Of a stretch of 64,000 nucleotides of DNA, positions 19,034 through 29,403 are shown piece after piece (positions within the stretch are counted from its first letter, which is position 1; the number at the start of each line of letters is the position of its first letter). The DNA is from Desulfobacteraceae bacterium (lineage in GTDB: Bacteria > Desulfobacterota > Desulfobacteria > Desulfobacterales > UBA5852): NCBI GenBank assembly GCA_014237395.1, contig JABZFP010000041.1, positions 273,742-337,741 on the forward strand, written 5' to 3'. The position numbers and the translations under genes are program-made. The notes under the pieces were generated by a model that was not told where the DNA came from, did not search any database, and was given only the letters and a program-made list of their open reading frames with translations.

Positions 19034-20029
19034 ATGAAGAAGCACGATATCAACGCCGCCATTACCGGGATTCATGCCTGGGTACCGGAGCATGTTCTGA
19101 CCAATGCGGCATTATCCACCATGGTGGATACCAGTGACGAGTGGATCACGGCCCGCACGGGGATCAAGGAACGGCGGATTTTGAAAGGCGACGACCAGGG
19201 AACCTCGGTCATCGGTATTGCCGCGGTCAACGGCCTGCTGGCAAAAACCGGCACCGATCCGAAGGATATCGACCTCTTGGTTTGTGCGACGACCACACCG
19301 GACATGCCTTTTCCGGCCACAGCCAACATTATCGCGCACGCCGTGGGCGCCGGCAATGCCTTCAGTTTCGACCTGCAGGCGGGGTGCTCGGGGTTCCTCT
19401 ATGGCCTCACCACTGGAGCGCAATTCATTGAAACCGGTCGCTGCCGGAAGGTGGTGGTGGTGGGCGCCGATAAGATGTCGTCCATTATCGACTATGAAGA
19501 CCGCACAACCTGCATCATTTTTGGTGATGGCGGGGGGGCCGTGCTGCTGGAGCCGTCGCACGAAGGGGTCGGAGTGCTGGATGCGATCCTGAGATCCGAT
19601 GGCGCCGGCGCACCCTATTTACACATGAAAGCGGGTGGCAGCCGTCGGCCGGCCAGTTTGGAGACGGTCGCGGCACGGGAGCACTACGTTTACCAGGAGG
19701 GCTCGACCGTTTACAAATTTGCGGTCAAGAGCATGGCGGATGTGGCGGTGAAGATCATGGAGCGCAATCATCTGAATCCCGACGACATTGCGTTTCTGGT
19801 GCCGCATCAGGCCAATAAGCGCATTATTGACGCGACGGCCGAAAAAATGGGCATCGGACAAGATCGGGTCATGCTCAACATCCATAAATATGGCAACACC
19901 ACCAGCGGCACGATTCCGCTTTGTCTTTTCGAGTATGAAGACCGATTGCGCGAGGGAGACAACCTTGTGCTGGCCGCGTTCGGGGCCGGGTTCACATGGG
20001 GGGCGGTTTATCTGAAATGGGCCTACTGA
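19034..20029 (+). CDS. fabH: Beta-ketoacyl-ACP synthase III.
   Basis: [10 protein letters not shown] active-site Cys, HQAN and GNTTSGTIP motifs. 331 aa. Confidence 0.9.
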   Translation: MKKHDINAAITGIHAWVPEHVLTNAALSTMVDTSDEWITARTGIKERRILKGDDQGTSVIGIAAVNGLLAKTGTDPKDIDLLVCATTTPDMPFPATANIIAHAVGAGNAFSFDLQAGCSGFLYGLTTGAQFIETGRCRKVVVVGADKMSSIIDYEDRTTCIIFGDGGGAVLLEPSHEGVGVLDAILRSDGAGAPYLHMKAGGSRRPASLETVAAREHYVYQEGSTVYKFAVKSMADVAVKIMERNHLNPDDIAFLVPHQANKRIIDATAEKMGIGQDRVMLNIHKYGNTTSGTIPLCLFEYEDRLREGDNLVLAAFGAGFTWGAVYLKWAY

Positions 20030-20185
20030 CGGATGGCGACCGTGCCGGGCCAGAGCAAAATGTCAGGGGCGTTGCCGCCCGTGCCGTTCCCGGATGGTGT
20101 TCGCCGGGAAGGGCGAAGCATTTGCCGGTCGGCGCCATCCGGGAGGGGCGGGATCAACACCAAAACGATCGACTTCTCGCGAACG

Positions 20186-20479
20186 CTATAAATCGATTCT
20201 TTCAATGGCGGCCACTTCCAGATTTTCACCAAATGTGACGGCCACCCGGTCGCCGGCGCCGATGTCGCGCAGACGGTCGCGATTGATCCCGTAAAGGGCC
20301 ATAAGGGAACCGCTGTCCTGCGAAATCAGAATATCTCCCGTGACATGACTTACCGCTAATATCGTTCCGATGATGGCGTTGTTGCTTGCTTTGGGCGGCG
20401 ATGATGTTTCATCCGTGGCTGCCCGCGTGGCTGTCAGCAAAATAGCCGCCATCAGTAAAAAAACGATCGGTTTTTTCAT
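20186..20479 (-). CDS. Small secreted hypothetical protein.
   Basis: ATG at 20479 is preceded by AAGGGGAG. Signal peptide MKKPIVFLLMAAILLTA. Confidence 0.5.
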   Translation of the reverse strand: MKKPIVFLLMAAILLTATRAATDETSSPPKASNNAIIGTILAVSHVTGDILISQDSGSLMALYGINRDRLRDIGAGDRVAVTFGENLEVAAIERIDL

Positions 20480-20966
20480 AGCGCCGCTCCCCTTGGAAAC
20501 TGGCTGCACTCAAAGATGCCATATCGTGCCTGACCACATGGTGGCATGTCGCGTCGGTTACGCGCGGGTGGTGCCGCGGAGGGATAAATGGATGCGGTTT
20601 CGGTCTCAGGAAGGCGGCGTCGGTCACGGCCCGGATCAAATCGGTACGGGTGAAGGGTTTGTACAAGATCCCCGCATCATGGGCTTTTTGTTCATCGGCC
20701 AGGCGCTGTTGATAAGGACCAGGGTTTCCGGTCATGTATATCACAGACGTGTCCGCATGGGTTTGGCGGATCGATTGCATCATGGACAACCCGTCCAGCC
20801 AGGGCATCTCGATATCGGTAATGACGATATCCGGCCGGATGTCATGAAAGGCGGCCAACCCCTCTTTGCCGTTGGTCGCCGTAAAGACCTCCTGATGATC
20901 TTGCGTAAGAATGGCTTCGACAACGGACAGAATGATACGGGTATCATCGACAACAAGCATTTTCAT
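20409..20966 (-). CDS. Single-domain CheY-like response regulator with an unrecognised tail of about 65 aa.
   Basis: MLVVDD...DIVITDIEMPWLDG...YKPF receiver signature. The tail overlaps the next gene by 71 nt. Confidence 0.8.
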   Translation of the reverse strand: MKMLVVDDTRIILSVVEAILTQDHQEVFTATNGKEGLAAFHDIRPDIVITDIEMPWLDGLSMMQSIRQTHADTSVIYMTGNPGPYQQRLADEQKAHDAGILYKPFTRTDLIRAVTDAAFLRPKPHPFIPPRHHPRVTDATCHHVVRHDMASLSAASFQGERRYEKTDRFFTDGGYFADSHAGSHG

Positions 20967-21517
20967 ACCAGGGCTCCTTCCCTAAAGACTCTCAATGATC
21001 CGCCTGCCCTAATCAAAGCAAAAGGCATACCATCAAACTTAACATGCCGACAATATTGATAAATCTGTTATTTTGCGGTTTCAGATAGGCATCCTGTTGA
21101 ATGCAAAAACCTACAACAGGATCGGACAAGACAACGGCTAAAAATATTATAATCATTTGTATTTATTTGGAATTTTTACATATGTAGGATATTTCATTCG
21201 CTTTGTGTATGGCAAATGACACATTTTATGGGGTGTCGATTTCCAAACCGGTATTCTGCCGGTGGCCGTGTCCCGTCCTATGCACCATTCTTTCCGGCAG
21301 GCACACCATAACCATGACGAAATCAGTCCCTTCATCAATGACCGCCTCCCATTCGGTAGCCCGTCAGCATCGTATCCTGCCGCCCCTCGATTTCGACGCT
21401 TGGGATGGACTTTAGTGGGCCTCTATGTAGGTGTTTTCCTTCATGTCGGATGTCTTGAGAATCGGCCATTATTTTAAAATATTCAATTATATTAATAGAA
21501 TATAATTTTTGGCCGAT

Positions 21518-21533
21518 TGGCATCGCCTTTGCT
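21518..21533 (+). promoter_or_regulatory. Sigma-54 (-24/-12) promoter.
   Basis: TGGCATCGCCTTTGCT is a near-consensus match to TGGCAC-N5-TTGCW. It lies 142 nt upstream of the 21675 ORF, and an AT-rich tract lies immediately upstream. Confidence 0.6.
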
Positions 21534-21674
21534 TTGTTGGGGACTGCCCGTCAATGCGGAAGGAGCCATGGTGGTTTTTTTCGATCGGCAGCATGGACGT
21601 TTTGTACGATCCGGTGGACTGGCCATCCAGAGCCGGCGGGCAGCAAACCGTAAAAAAATGAAGGAGGTTCGAAA

Positions 21675-21971
21675 ATGAAACGAAACGTAATGCTAATAGT
21701 GGTTGGATTGACCCTGGCCGTTCTTTTGGCCGGCACCGGATGGGCGTCAAGCACGGCGGCCACGGATGAAATTCAGCTCACGGGAACCGTTCTTAAAGGT
21801 GGGCGTCTGGTTGATGATCAGGGACAGGAATACCAGATGGCCAAAGATGAGGGCAGTCTTGCGCTGGAAGCGCAAATCGGTCAGAAAATCGAAGTCAAGG
21901 GCACTGTCCTGGAAAACAGTGATGGACAGAAAGTGATTAAAATCAATGACTACAAGGTCATAAAGGAATAA
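21675..21971 (+). CDS. Small secreted hypothetical protein.
   Basis: RBS GAAGGAGG. Signal peptide MKRNVMLIVVGLTLAVLLAGTGWA. Beta-rich mature part. Confidence 0.6.
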   Translation: MKRNVMLIVVGLTLAVLLAGTGWASSTAATDEIQLTGTVLKGGRLVDDQGQEYQMAKDEGSLALEAQIGQKIEVKGTVLENSDGQKVIKINDYKVIKE

Positions 21972-22021
21972 TGTCTTGATGTCGACCATTGGGGAATGGG
22001 AGACACCCTGACCGTCATGAT

Positions 22022-22051
22022 GCGTAGAGGGGCGAACCCGCCCCTCTACGC
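22022..22051 (+). terminator. GC-rich 13-bp hairpin downstream of the small secreted protein gene, with no U-tract.
   Basis: GCGTAGAGGGGCG-aacc-CGCCCCTCTACGC. Confidence 0.45.
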
Positions 22052-22273
22052 TGGCCTATCCAATGTGTTTCGGCATGAACAGAAAACGGTCGGGTAAAGG
22101 GCTGCTACCGTCCAAACGTCAATGGTTCGTGCCGACCGCGCGTATTTTTTAGAAGACCCCTCCCGGTACGACAACCGTCACCCACACGCCTGCCTTTAAG
22201 CGTTCGTTAAACGACATCCTCTATCGGTAACGATGCCAAAGCCGTGATGCCTCGTCGTTGGTCTAACCCCGTG

Positions 22274-23638
22274 TCAGCCGGCAGATCGAAAATCGGTTGG
22301 ATTCAGGGCATACTTTTTCAGCAGGGCGTAGAGATCGGCCCGGTATTTGCCGGCTAATTTAGCGGCCTGGCTGATGTTCCCCCGGGTCAATTCCATCAGT
22401 TGAATCAAATACCGGCGCTCAAAGGATTCCTTGGCGTCCTTGAAGGGTTTCAGGTTTTCATCGATGCTGACCTGCATGGGGTTGCGCAGGATGACACCGG
22501 CATCGATGACGGCATCATCCGACATGGCCACCGCACATTCGATCGTGTTTTCGAGCTCACGGACATTGCCGGGCCAGTCATAGGCCATCATTTTTTTCAG
22601 GGCTGCGGGGGTAAACCCTTTGATGGGCTTATCCATTGCCAGGCTGATTTTGTCGAGAAAGTGATGAGCCAGCAGCGGGATATCTTCTTTGCGTTCCCTG
22701 AGAGAGGGCAGTTTGATCAAAATCACATGAATACGGTAGAAAAGATCTTCACGGAATGCACCTTTTTTGATTTCGGTTTCCAGAGATTTGTTGGAAGCGG
22801 CAATAATGCGGATGTCCACCTGAATGGTGTCGCTGCCGCCCAGGGGGAAAAAGCTCCGCTCTTCCAATGCCCGGAGCAGTTTGACCTGCATGGTCGGCGG
22901 CATGTCGGCGATTTCATCCAGAAAAAACGTCCCCCCGTCGGCTTCGGCGAGCAAGCCCTTTTTGTCACGGTTCGCGCCGGTAAAGGCGCCCTTTTGATAG
23001 CCGAACAGTTCGCTTTCCAGCAACGTTTCCGGAATGGCGGCGCAGTTGATGGCGACAAAGGGACCGTCACGGCGGGAGCTTGCCAGATGGAGCGATTTGG
23101 CAATGAGCTCCTTGCCCGTGCCGCTGTTGCCTTCGATGTAAACACTGGCGTCGGTATTGGCCGCCTGGGAAACTTGTTCCAGTACGTGCTGGATGGCCGT
23201 ACTGTTCCCGATGATGTTGTCAAATCGATAGCTGTCACGAACCAACCGACGCAGCTGTTTGACTTCGGTGGACAACCGCCCCTGGGCGAGGGCCTTGTCC
23301 ACCTGGGCTAAAAGGGCATGGCCGTCAAAGGGTTTCGTGAGATAGGTGTAGGCGCCCCGTTTCATGGCCGCGACGGCCGTGTCGATGGAGCCATAGGCGG
23401 TCAGAATGATCACCGGCAGACCGGGAATCTGGTGACAGAGGGTTTCCATCAGGGCCATGCCGTCTTCATTTTTCAGTTTTAGATCGATCAGCGCCAGATC
23501 CACCCGGTCCGTTTTGCTTCGGGCCAGCGCTTCAGCAGCATCAGAAGCGGTGGTCACGTGGTGTCCGTCGCTCACGAGACGCATGCGCAGTACCTGCAGA
23601 ATGTTGTAATCATCGTCCACCACCAGGATGTGGGCCAT
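22274..23638 (-). CDS. Sigma-54-dependent response regulator (NtrC/Fis family enhancer-binding protein).
   Basis: Receiver (ILVVDDD...DLALIDLKL). AAA+ domain with GNSGTGKE and the GAFTGA loop. C-terminal Fis-type HTH. Confidence 0.9.
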   Translation of the reverse strand: MAHILVVDDDYNILQVLRMRLVSDGHHVTTASDAAEALARSKTDRVDLALIDLKLKNEDGMALMETLCHQIPGLPVIILTAYGSIDTAVAAMKRGAYTYLTKPFDGHALLAQVDKALAQGRLSTEVKQLRRLVRDSYRFDNIIGNSTAIQHVLEQVSQAANTDASVYIEGNSGTGKELIAKSLHLASSRRDGPFVAINCAAIPETLLESELFGYQKGAFTGANRDKKGLLAEADGGTFFLDEIADMPPTMQVKLLRALEERSFFPLGGSDTIQVDIRIIAASNKSLETEIKKGAFREDLFYRIHVILIKLPSLRERKEDIPLLAHHFLDKISLAMDKPIKGFTPAALKKMMAYDWPGNVRELENTIECAVAMSDDAVIDAGVILRNPMQVSIDENLKPFKDAKESFERRYLIQLMELTRGNISQAAKLAGKYRADLYALLKKYALNPTDFRSAG

Positions 23639-23688
23639 AAGCTACCTCACGCACGTTTATGGTGTTTGAGCAGGATGAAGGGAAGGCG

Positions 23689-24234
23689 TCATTCCAGATT
23701 CAGGTCGATAGCCTTCATCTGCTGCAGGCGCTCTTCCAATAGGCGGCGTTTCGCCGCTTCCGCCTTGAGCTGTTGTTTCAACGCCAGGGATGCCGCCTGC
23801 ATCTGTGCCAGAGACGCTTCGCTTTCTTTCAGCTGCGTGATCAAAGTTCGCCATGTCGTGGCGGCGGCCAGTAGTGGCGAGTCCGGATATCGATCCTCGA
23901 TCCGGTGGAAGCAGACATCGGCGCGATGGATGTCCTGGCGTGGATTGTTCGGATGGACCCACACCATTCCCAATAGATAGAAGGCCCGGTCATCCGCTTG
24001 TCCGGGAAATCGTTCCAGTTGCAGACAGGCTGCCCGGCGGGCGGCCTCATATTCGCCTTCCAGCAGCAGGACATCACCCTCCAATAGATGGCGACCGGTG
24101 TCCGGGAGGGGCGGGGCGTGATTTCCGATGGGTGGCCGACCGATTGTGCAAGCGCCCAAAAGGAGACCCCCCATCAGACCACCGGCAAGGTAAAGCAGAA
24201 AACGCTTCCGTTTCCAGGCTGGCTTGTGGCCCAT
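23689..24234 (-). CDS. Lipoprotein with a TPR-like region and a C-terminal coiled coil.
   Basis: Lipobox LLLGAC after a K/R-rich n-region. Strong SD GGAGG 6 nt upstream of ATG at 24234. C-terminal heptad-like LKQQLKAEAAKRRLLEERLQQMK. Confidence 0.65.
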   Translation of the reverse strand: MGHKPAWKRKRFLLYLAGGLMGGLLLGACTIGRPPIGNHAPPLPDTGRHLLEGDVLLLEGEYEAARRAACLQLERFPGQADDRAFYLLGMVWVHPNNPRQDIHRADVCFHRIEDRYPDSPLLAAATTWRTLITQLKESEASLAQMQAASLALKQQLKAEAAKRRLLEERLQQMKAIDLNLE

Positions 24235-25628
24235 ATTTTTCCTCCATGCGCCATGACGATATGTTTGGCAATCGACAGGCCGAGGCCGGTGCCCCGTTCC
24301 GTTTCCTGCCCGCTATCGATGCGGCGGAATTTGTCAAAAATAGTTTTCAGCGCGTTCTGGGGTATACCGCAGCCGGTGTCGCTGATCTGCACCTGCAAAA
24401 ACCCGGTATTGTCGATATCCGGCTGCAACGCGATGCATACCTTACCGCCGGCTTCCGTGAATTTGAGCGCATTGCCCAGTAGGTTTTCCAGCAGTTGGTA
24501 TAAACGGTCCGGATCAACATGCACCTTTGGCAGGGCGTCGTTGGGTGTGAGTTCCAGCAAAATTTCCTTGGCCACCGCGATGGGCGCCAGTTTCAGGATA
24601 CAGGAGCGCACCACCGGCAGAATAGCGATCGCTTTAAAGGCATAATCCATCATCTGCGCTTCCATGCGGGACAAATCCAGCATGCGGTTGATGGATTTGA
24701 TCAAGCGGTCGCATTCATCCTTGACAATGGTCAAGAGCTGATCCTGGGAGTCCGGTCGTTCACGGAAGCACCCTTCCAGCAGCATGCTGGAGGCTTCCCG
24801 AATGGCTGTCAGGGGCGTGCGAAGCTCATGGGATACATGATAGATAAAATCTTCCTTCATGTCGTTGAGCTCCTGCAGGCGGTCGCACATCCGATTGAAG
24901 TCCCGGGTCAGGGCGGCTATCTCCGGGGGAGACTCAATCGGCGGCAGGGTGCTGAAACGGCTGTTGGCCACATCGTGGGTTTTTAGCTGAAGGCGTTGAA
25001 TGGCGTGGTTGATACGGCGGGCATTGATAAACGAGACAAACAGTCCGATCAAGCCGCCGATGCCAATCGTAATGATGCCGACGCGGATGACCGTGACACT
25101 GATGTGGCTGGACCGTAGAATTTTCTGATCCCGGGCCTGGCGGGCTTCCCCCATGATGGTCTGCAAAGACAGGCGAATCTGATCGAGCACTTCGGCCTTA
25201 CGGTCATGATAGATATCTGGTTGTCGGCGGCCGTCCCCCAACATGCGTTCCCTTTCCCGATCGATCAGGGCGAAATAGGCCGTGCTGAGGGTGCCGATGT
25301 CATCGAGGATGGCCCGCAGCGCGTCTGATTCGAGATGGTTCTGCATCGTCAGTTGCGATGATAGAAAGCGGGTGCGGATTTCCTGAAACCGCGCGAAAAA
25401 GGCGGCATCGCCGGTCACCAGGTGTTTTTTTTCAAACCGGGCCAGGGATACGGCCATGCTGTCGAGGCTTTCAGCCAGGCGGACGGTTTCCCCGTCCCGC
25501 ATGACGACGGCCCAGGTCAGTTGGTTCAGTCGGTTGAGCTGCACCGCAACATAAACCCCCAGCCCGATCAGCAGGATCACAAAGACGCCGTAGCCCAAGC
25601 TTAATCTTTTAAAAATAGTGAGTTGCAT
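24174..25628 (-). CDS. Membrane sensor histidine kinase (HAMP, HisKA, HATPase).
   Basis: Two TM segments. H-box VSHELRTPLTAI. DTGCGI and GTGLGLSIA boxes. Confidence 0.85.
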   Translation of the reverse strand: MQLTIFKRLSLGYGVFVILLIGLGVYVAVQLNRLNQLTWAVVMRDGETVRLAESLDSMAVSLARFEKKHLVTGDAAFFARFQEIRTRFLSSQLTMQNHLESDALRAILDDIGTLSTAYFALIDRERERMLGDGRRQPDIYHDRKAEVLDQIRLSLQTIMGEARQARDQKILRSSHISVTVIRVGIITIGIGGLIGLFVSFINARRINHAIQRLQLKTHDVANSRFSTLPPIESPPEIAALTRDFNRMCDRLQELNDMKEDFIYHVSHELRTPLTAIREASSMLLEGCFRERPDSQDQLLTIVKDECDRLIKSINRMLDLSRMEAQMMDYAFKAIAILPVVRSCILKLAPIAVAKEILLELTPNDALPKVHVDPDRLYQLLENLLGNALKFTEAGGKVCIALQPDIDNTGFLQVQISDTGCGIPQNALKTIFDKFRRIDSGQETERGTGLGLSIAKHIVMAHGGKIWATSQPGNGSVFCFTLPVV

Positions 25629-25787
25629 GATGTGCCGGACTATTCAAGCAAGGATCAGGCCAGGGAAAGTTTCGTCATAACTGGCGTGGCTTGGCGTGGA
25701 TTACAAGTTTGCCGGACCGGGATAAAGCAGAAAGGGTGTGCACATTATAATACGGTTTGGGGGAGGGTTATCAGCGTCGGATGGGAT

Positions 25788-26183
25788 CTAACCGAAGTCA
25801 AGGCCGACGTCGGGAATGGGTTTCAAATTTTTTGCGCGGTCCACACACACCAGATGGATCTCAGCCTGAACGGCGGCCTTGGCCGCCCCCGGCCGCCAGG
25901 CTTCCTGCTGCCAGACCAGGCGGTAGTCGCTGTCCTTGCGCACGGTGGAAATGATATCCAGGGTGTCCCCAAATTCGGCACCGTCCAGGAAACTCACATT
26001 GGCCTTATAAACCGCAAATCCCAGGCCCTTTTTCTTCCAGAGCGCCACCAAAGCGTCGGGGCTGATCACACCTTCCCGGGCGCGTTCGAAGTATTTGAGG
26101 TAATTGGCGTGATAGACCACGCCGGAGTGATCGGTGTCTTCATAATAAACCTGCACTTGGAAGCGATAGGTCCGTTGGGTCAT
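25788..26183 (-). CDS. YbgC/4HBT-family acyl-CoA thioesterase.
   Basis: VYYEDTDHSGVVYHANYLKYFERAR signature. Confidence 0.8.
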   Translation of the reverse strand: MTQRTYRFQVQVYYEDTDHSGVVYHANYLKYFERAREGVISPDALVALWKKKGLGFAVYKANVSFLDGAEFGDTLDIISTVRKDSDYRLVWQQEAWRPGAAKAAVQAEIHLVCVDRAKNLKPIPDVGLDFG

Positions 26184-26258
26184 GGAAAACCATCCGTTTC
26201 ATCGATGGATCGGTGATGCGACCCCTTGCCTTGGCGCGGCAGGGTGGCCAAGAAGGCC

Positions 26259-26912
26259 TTATACCACACGATCACCATTGCGGGTGACGACGAAAAGGCC
26301 GATATGGGCCAGTAAATTGGCGCACAGCCGCGCCGGCAGATGCCGACGCCATTTATTCATGATCAGATCGTATTCCGCCACGATGCGCAAATTTTCTTCC
26401 CGACAGAACGCCCTGAAATCCCGAATCGTTAGTACCCGGATATTCGGGGTGTTGTACCACTCGAAGGGTAGGGCCGGCGATTTGGGCGCCCGGCCGCCAA
26501 AAAAAATACCGGCCCGCAGGGCCCAATAGCCGAAGTTGGGAAATCCCACGATGCCGAAACGGCCGATGCGCATCATTTCCCTTATGACGATCTGCGGGTT
26601 TTTGACCACCTGGAGGGTCTGGTTGAGGATAACATAGTCGTAGGCCTTGTCCGCAAAATCGGCCAGGCCCTCGTCCAGATCACCCTGGTAGACCGGAAGG
26701 CCCAGCGCCATGCCGCCCGCCAGGCGCGACCCGTCGATATCGACTCCCCGTCCGCGAACATGCTTGCGGGCCACCAGTTCCCCCAAAAGAGCGCAGTCGC
26801 CGCAGCCCAGGTCAAGCACTTGGGCCCCTTCGGGAATGATAGCCGCAATGATGTCCCAGTCGGTCTGACTCAGGGTGTTGACATAGTTAACCTGCCGACG
26901 ATCGTCTTGCAA
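26259..26912 (-). CDS. metW: Methionine biosynthesis protein MetW.
   Basis: VLDLGCGDCALL. It follows and overlaps metX. Typical length of about 200 aa. Confidence 0.85.
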   Translation of the reverse strand: MQDDRRQVNYVNTLSQTDWDIIAAIIPEGAQVLDLGCGDCALLGELVARKHVRGRGVDIDGSRLAGGMALGLPVYQGDLDEGLADFADKAYDYVILNQTLQVVKNPQIVIREMMRIGRFGIVGFPNFGYWALRAGIFFGGRAPKSPALPFEWYNTPNIRVLTIRDFRAFCREENLRIVAEYDLIMNKWRRHLPARLCANLLAHIGLFVVTRNGDRVV

Positions 26913-28056
26913 TGGGCTGGCTCCTCTGGCTGCCGTCGAGAAAGGCGGACGTGACCCGCGTGAGCTGGTCGATGTCGATTAGAAACGCATCGTGCCCGTG
27001 AGGGGAATCGATGTCAACGAAAGATACGTCCCGGTCCGTGGCGATCAAGGCGCGCACGATTTCTTTGGACTGGGCGGTGGGGAACAACCAGTCCGAACTG
27101 TAAGAGACCACTAGAAAACGCGCGGTTGCCTCGGCAAAAGCCTCCTTTAGCGGTCCGTAGGTTCGTGCGATATCGAAATAGTCCATGGCCTTGGTGATGT
27201 AGATGTAGCTGTTGGCATCGAAGCGTTCGGTGAAACGGGTTCCCTGGTGGTTGAGGTAGGATTCCACCGCAAACTCGTGGTGGATATCGTAGCTCAGGCG
27301 ATCGGCCGACTGCAGCCGGCGACCGAACTTGTTGTTCAGGGAGATTTCCGAAAGATAGGTGATATGGGCCACCATGCGGGCGCTGGCCAGGCCGCGCACC
27401 GGTCCGGCGGTATCGTAATAATGGCCGTCCTGCCAGTCGGGATCGGTGGTGATGGCATGCCGCCCCACCGCGTTGAAGGCAATGCCCTGGGTGGAAAGCT
27501 GGGCGCCGGCGGCGATGCAAATGACGGAATGCACATTTTCCGGGTAGCGCAGCGACCACTCCAGGGCCTGGAAGCCCCCCATCGAACCGCCCACCACACA
27601 GAACAGGCGCTCGATGCCGAGGTGGTCCACCAGGCGTTTCTGGGCTGCCACCATATCGCCAATTGTGATCAGCGGGAAATCGCTGCCATAAGGTTTGCCC
27701 GTGGCGGGGTTGGTCGAGTTCGGCCCGGTGGACCCTTTGCAGCCGCCGATGACATTGGCACTGATGACCCAATAGCGCTCGGTGTCAAACGCCTTGCCCG
27801 GCCCGATCATGTTGTCCCACCACCCGACCCGTTTGTCATGTGGGTCGTGAATACCGGCGGCATGGGCATCACCGGAAAGGGCATGGCAGATCAAAATGGC
27901 GTTGGTATGGTCTTGGTTCGGCGTGCCGTAGGTTTCATAGACCAGTTCGACCGGACCCAGTGCCCGGCCGGAATCCAGTACCAGCGGGTCCTCCTGGCTG
28001 CCGAAGACAAACCGCCGGGGTTTGACCTGGCCCACCGAATGGCGTTCGATGAACAT
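26887..28056 (-). CDS. metX: Homoserine O-acetyltransferase.
   Basis: GGSMGG nucleophile motif. ALSGDAH. C-terminal SPHGHDAFL. Confidence 0.9.
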   Translation of the reverse strand: MFIERHSVGQVKPRRFVFGSQEDPLVLDSGRALGPVELVYETYGTPNQDHTNAILICHALSGDAHAAGIHDPHDKRVGWWDNMIGPGKAFDTERYWVISANVIGGCKGSTGPNSTNPATGKPYGSDFPLITIGDMVAAQKRLVDHLGIERLFCVVGGSMGGFQALEWSLRYPENVHSVICIAAGAQLSTQGIAFNAVGRHAITTDPDWQDGHYYDTAGPVRGLASARMVAHITYLSEISLNNKFGRRLQSADRLSYDIHHEFAVESYLNHQGTRFTERFDANSYIYITKAMDYFDIARTYGPLKEAFAEATARFLVVSYSSDWLFPTAQSKEIVRALIATDRDVSFVDIDSPHGHDAFLIDIDQLTRVTSAFLDGSQRSQPIARRSSAG

Positions 28057-28104
28057 CGCGCTTATCCTTTTATCAGCAGCCGCTTGGCTGCAAATGACAT
28101 CACC

Positions 28105-29403
28105 CTACAGGGTACAGGCCACACCGGTTTCCAGGGCCTGGTGCAGATCGGCAATGATATCGTCCACATCTTCGATACCGATGCTGAGCCGGATGAAATC
28201 CGGGGTGACGCCGGCGGCCTGCTGTTCCGCTTCTGTCAACTGCTCGTGGGTGGTCGATGCCGGGTGGATCACCAGGGTCTTGGCATCGCCGATGTTGGCC
28301 AGGTGGCTGATGAGGCCGAGACTTTCAATAAATTTAACGGCCGCCTTCTGACCGCCTTTGATGCCAAATCCCACTAGAGCGCCTTGGCCGTCCGGCAGAT
28401 ATTTGTCTTTGAGGCTGTAGGTCGGTGACGACGCCAGGCCTGGATAACGCACCCAGGTGACGCAGGGGTGTTCCTCCAGAAATGTGGCGACCTTCAAGGC
28501 ATTTTCCGAATGCCGGGCCATGCGCAGATGAAGCGTTTCCATGCCCTGCAAAAACATCCAGGCGTTGAAGGGGCTGAGGGCCGCCCCCATATCGCGCAGT
28601 CCCAAGACCCGCGCGCGCAGGATAAAGGCCATGGCGCCAAAGGTGTCCACGAAGCGCAGGCCGTGATAGGCGGGCTCGGGGTCGTTAAACGAGGGAAAAC
28701 GGCCGGAGCCCTGCCAGTCAAATTGGCCGGAATCGACAATCAGGCCGCCGATGGAGGTGCCGTGCCCGCCGATGAACTTGGTGGCGGAATGCACCACAAT
28801 GGCGGCGCCGTGCGAAATCGGCCGGTTGAGAAACGGTGTCGTCACCGTATTGTCCACCACCAGCGGAATGCCGTGCTGCCGGCCTACGGCGGCAATCTTT
28901 TCGATGTCGATGATGTCGAGTTTGGGGTTGCCGATGGTTTCGACGAAAAAGGCTTTGGTGTGGTCCGTGACGGCTTTTTCCCAGGCCGCGATATCGTTGG
29001 GAGGCACAAAGGTGACGCCGATGCCCATTTTCTTGAAGGTATGGGTGAACAGGCTTACGCTACCCCCGTATAGATCGGTGGAGGCCACAATCTCGTCGCC
29101 GGCTTGGGCCAGGGTCAAAAGGGCCAGGGTTTCGGCGGCCTGCCCGGAGGCGACGGCCAGGGCACCGACGCCGCCTTCCAGGGCGGCAATCCGCTGCTCC
29201 AGGGCATCGGTGGTGGGGTTCATGATACGGGTGTAGATGTTGCCGAACTGGCGCAGGCCGAAGAGATCCGCGGCATGCTGGGTGTTCTCGAACACGTAGG
29301 AGGAGGTCTGATAGATGGGCACGGCACGCGAATGCGTGTCCTTGTCCGGCGAATGGCCGGCGTGAATGGCGCGGGTTCCTAAACCATATTGATCTTCACT
29401 CAT
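28105..29403 (-). CDS. metY: O-acetylhomoserine sulfhydrylase / aminocarboxypropyltransferase.
   Basis: Cys/Met-metabolism PLP enzyme. [10 protein letters not shown] holds the PLP lysine. TRIMNPT. Confidence 0.9.
   Translation of the reverse strand: MSEDQYGLGTRAIHAGHSPDKDTHSRAVPIYQTSSYVFENTQHAADLFGLRQFGNIYTRIMNPTTDALEQRIAALEGGVGALAVASGQAAETLALLTLAQAGDEIVASTDLYGGSVSLFTHTFKKMGIGVTFVPPNDIAAWEKAVTDHTKAFFVETIGNPKLDIIDIEKIAAVGRQHGIPLVVDNTVTTPFLNRPISHGAAIVVHSATKFIGGHGTSIGGLIVDSGQFDWQGSGRFPSFNDPEPAYHGLRFVDTFGAMAFILRARVLGLRDMGAALSPFNAWMFLQGMETLHLRMARHSENALKVATFLEEHPCVTWVRYPGLASSPTYSLKDKYLPDGQGALVGFGIKGGQKAAVKFIESLGLISHLANIGDAKTLVIHPASTTHEQLTEAEQQAAGVTPDFIRLSIGIEDVDDIIADLHQALETGVACTL

Noticed and set aside
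21153-21523. Four overlapping ORFs of 60-71 aa inside the AT-rich island. I considered small genes or IS remnants.
   Set aside because: There are no RBSs, inverted terminal repeats or transposase-like motifs. The region is better explained as a regulatory region upstream of the 21518 promoter.
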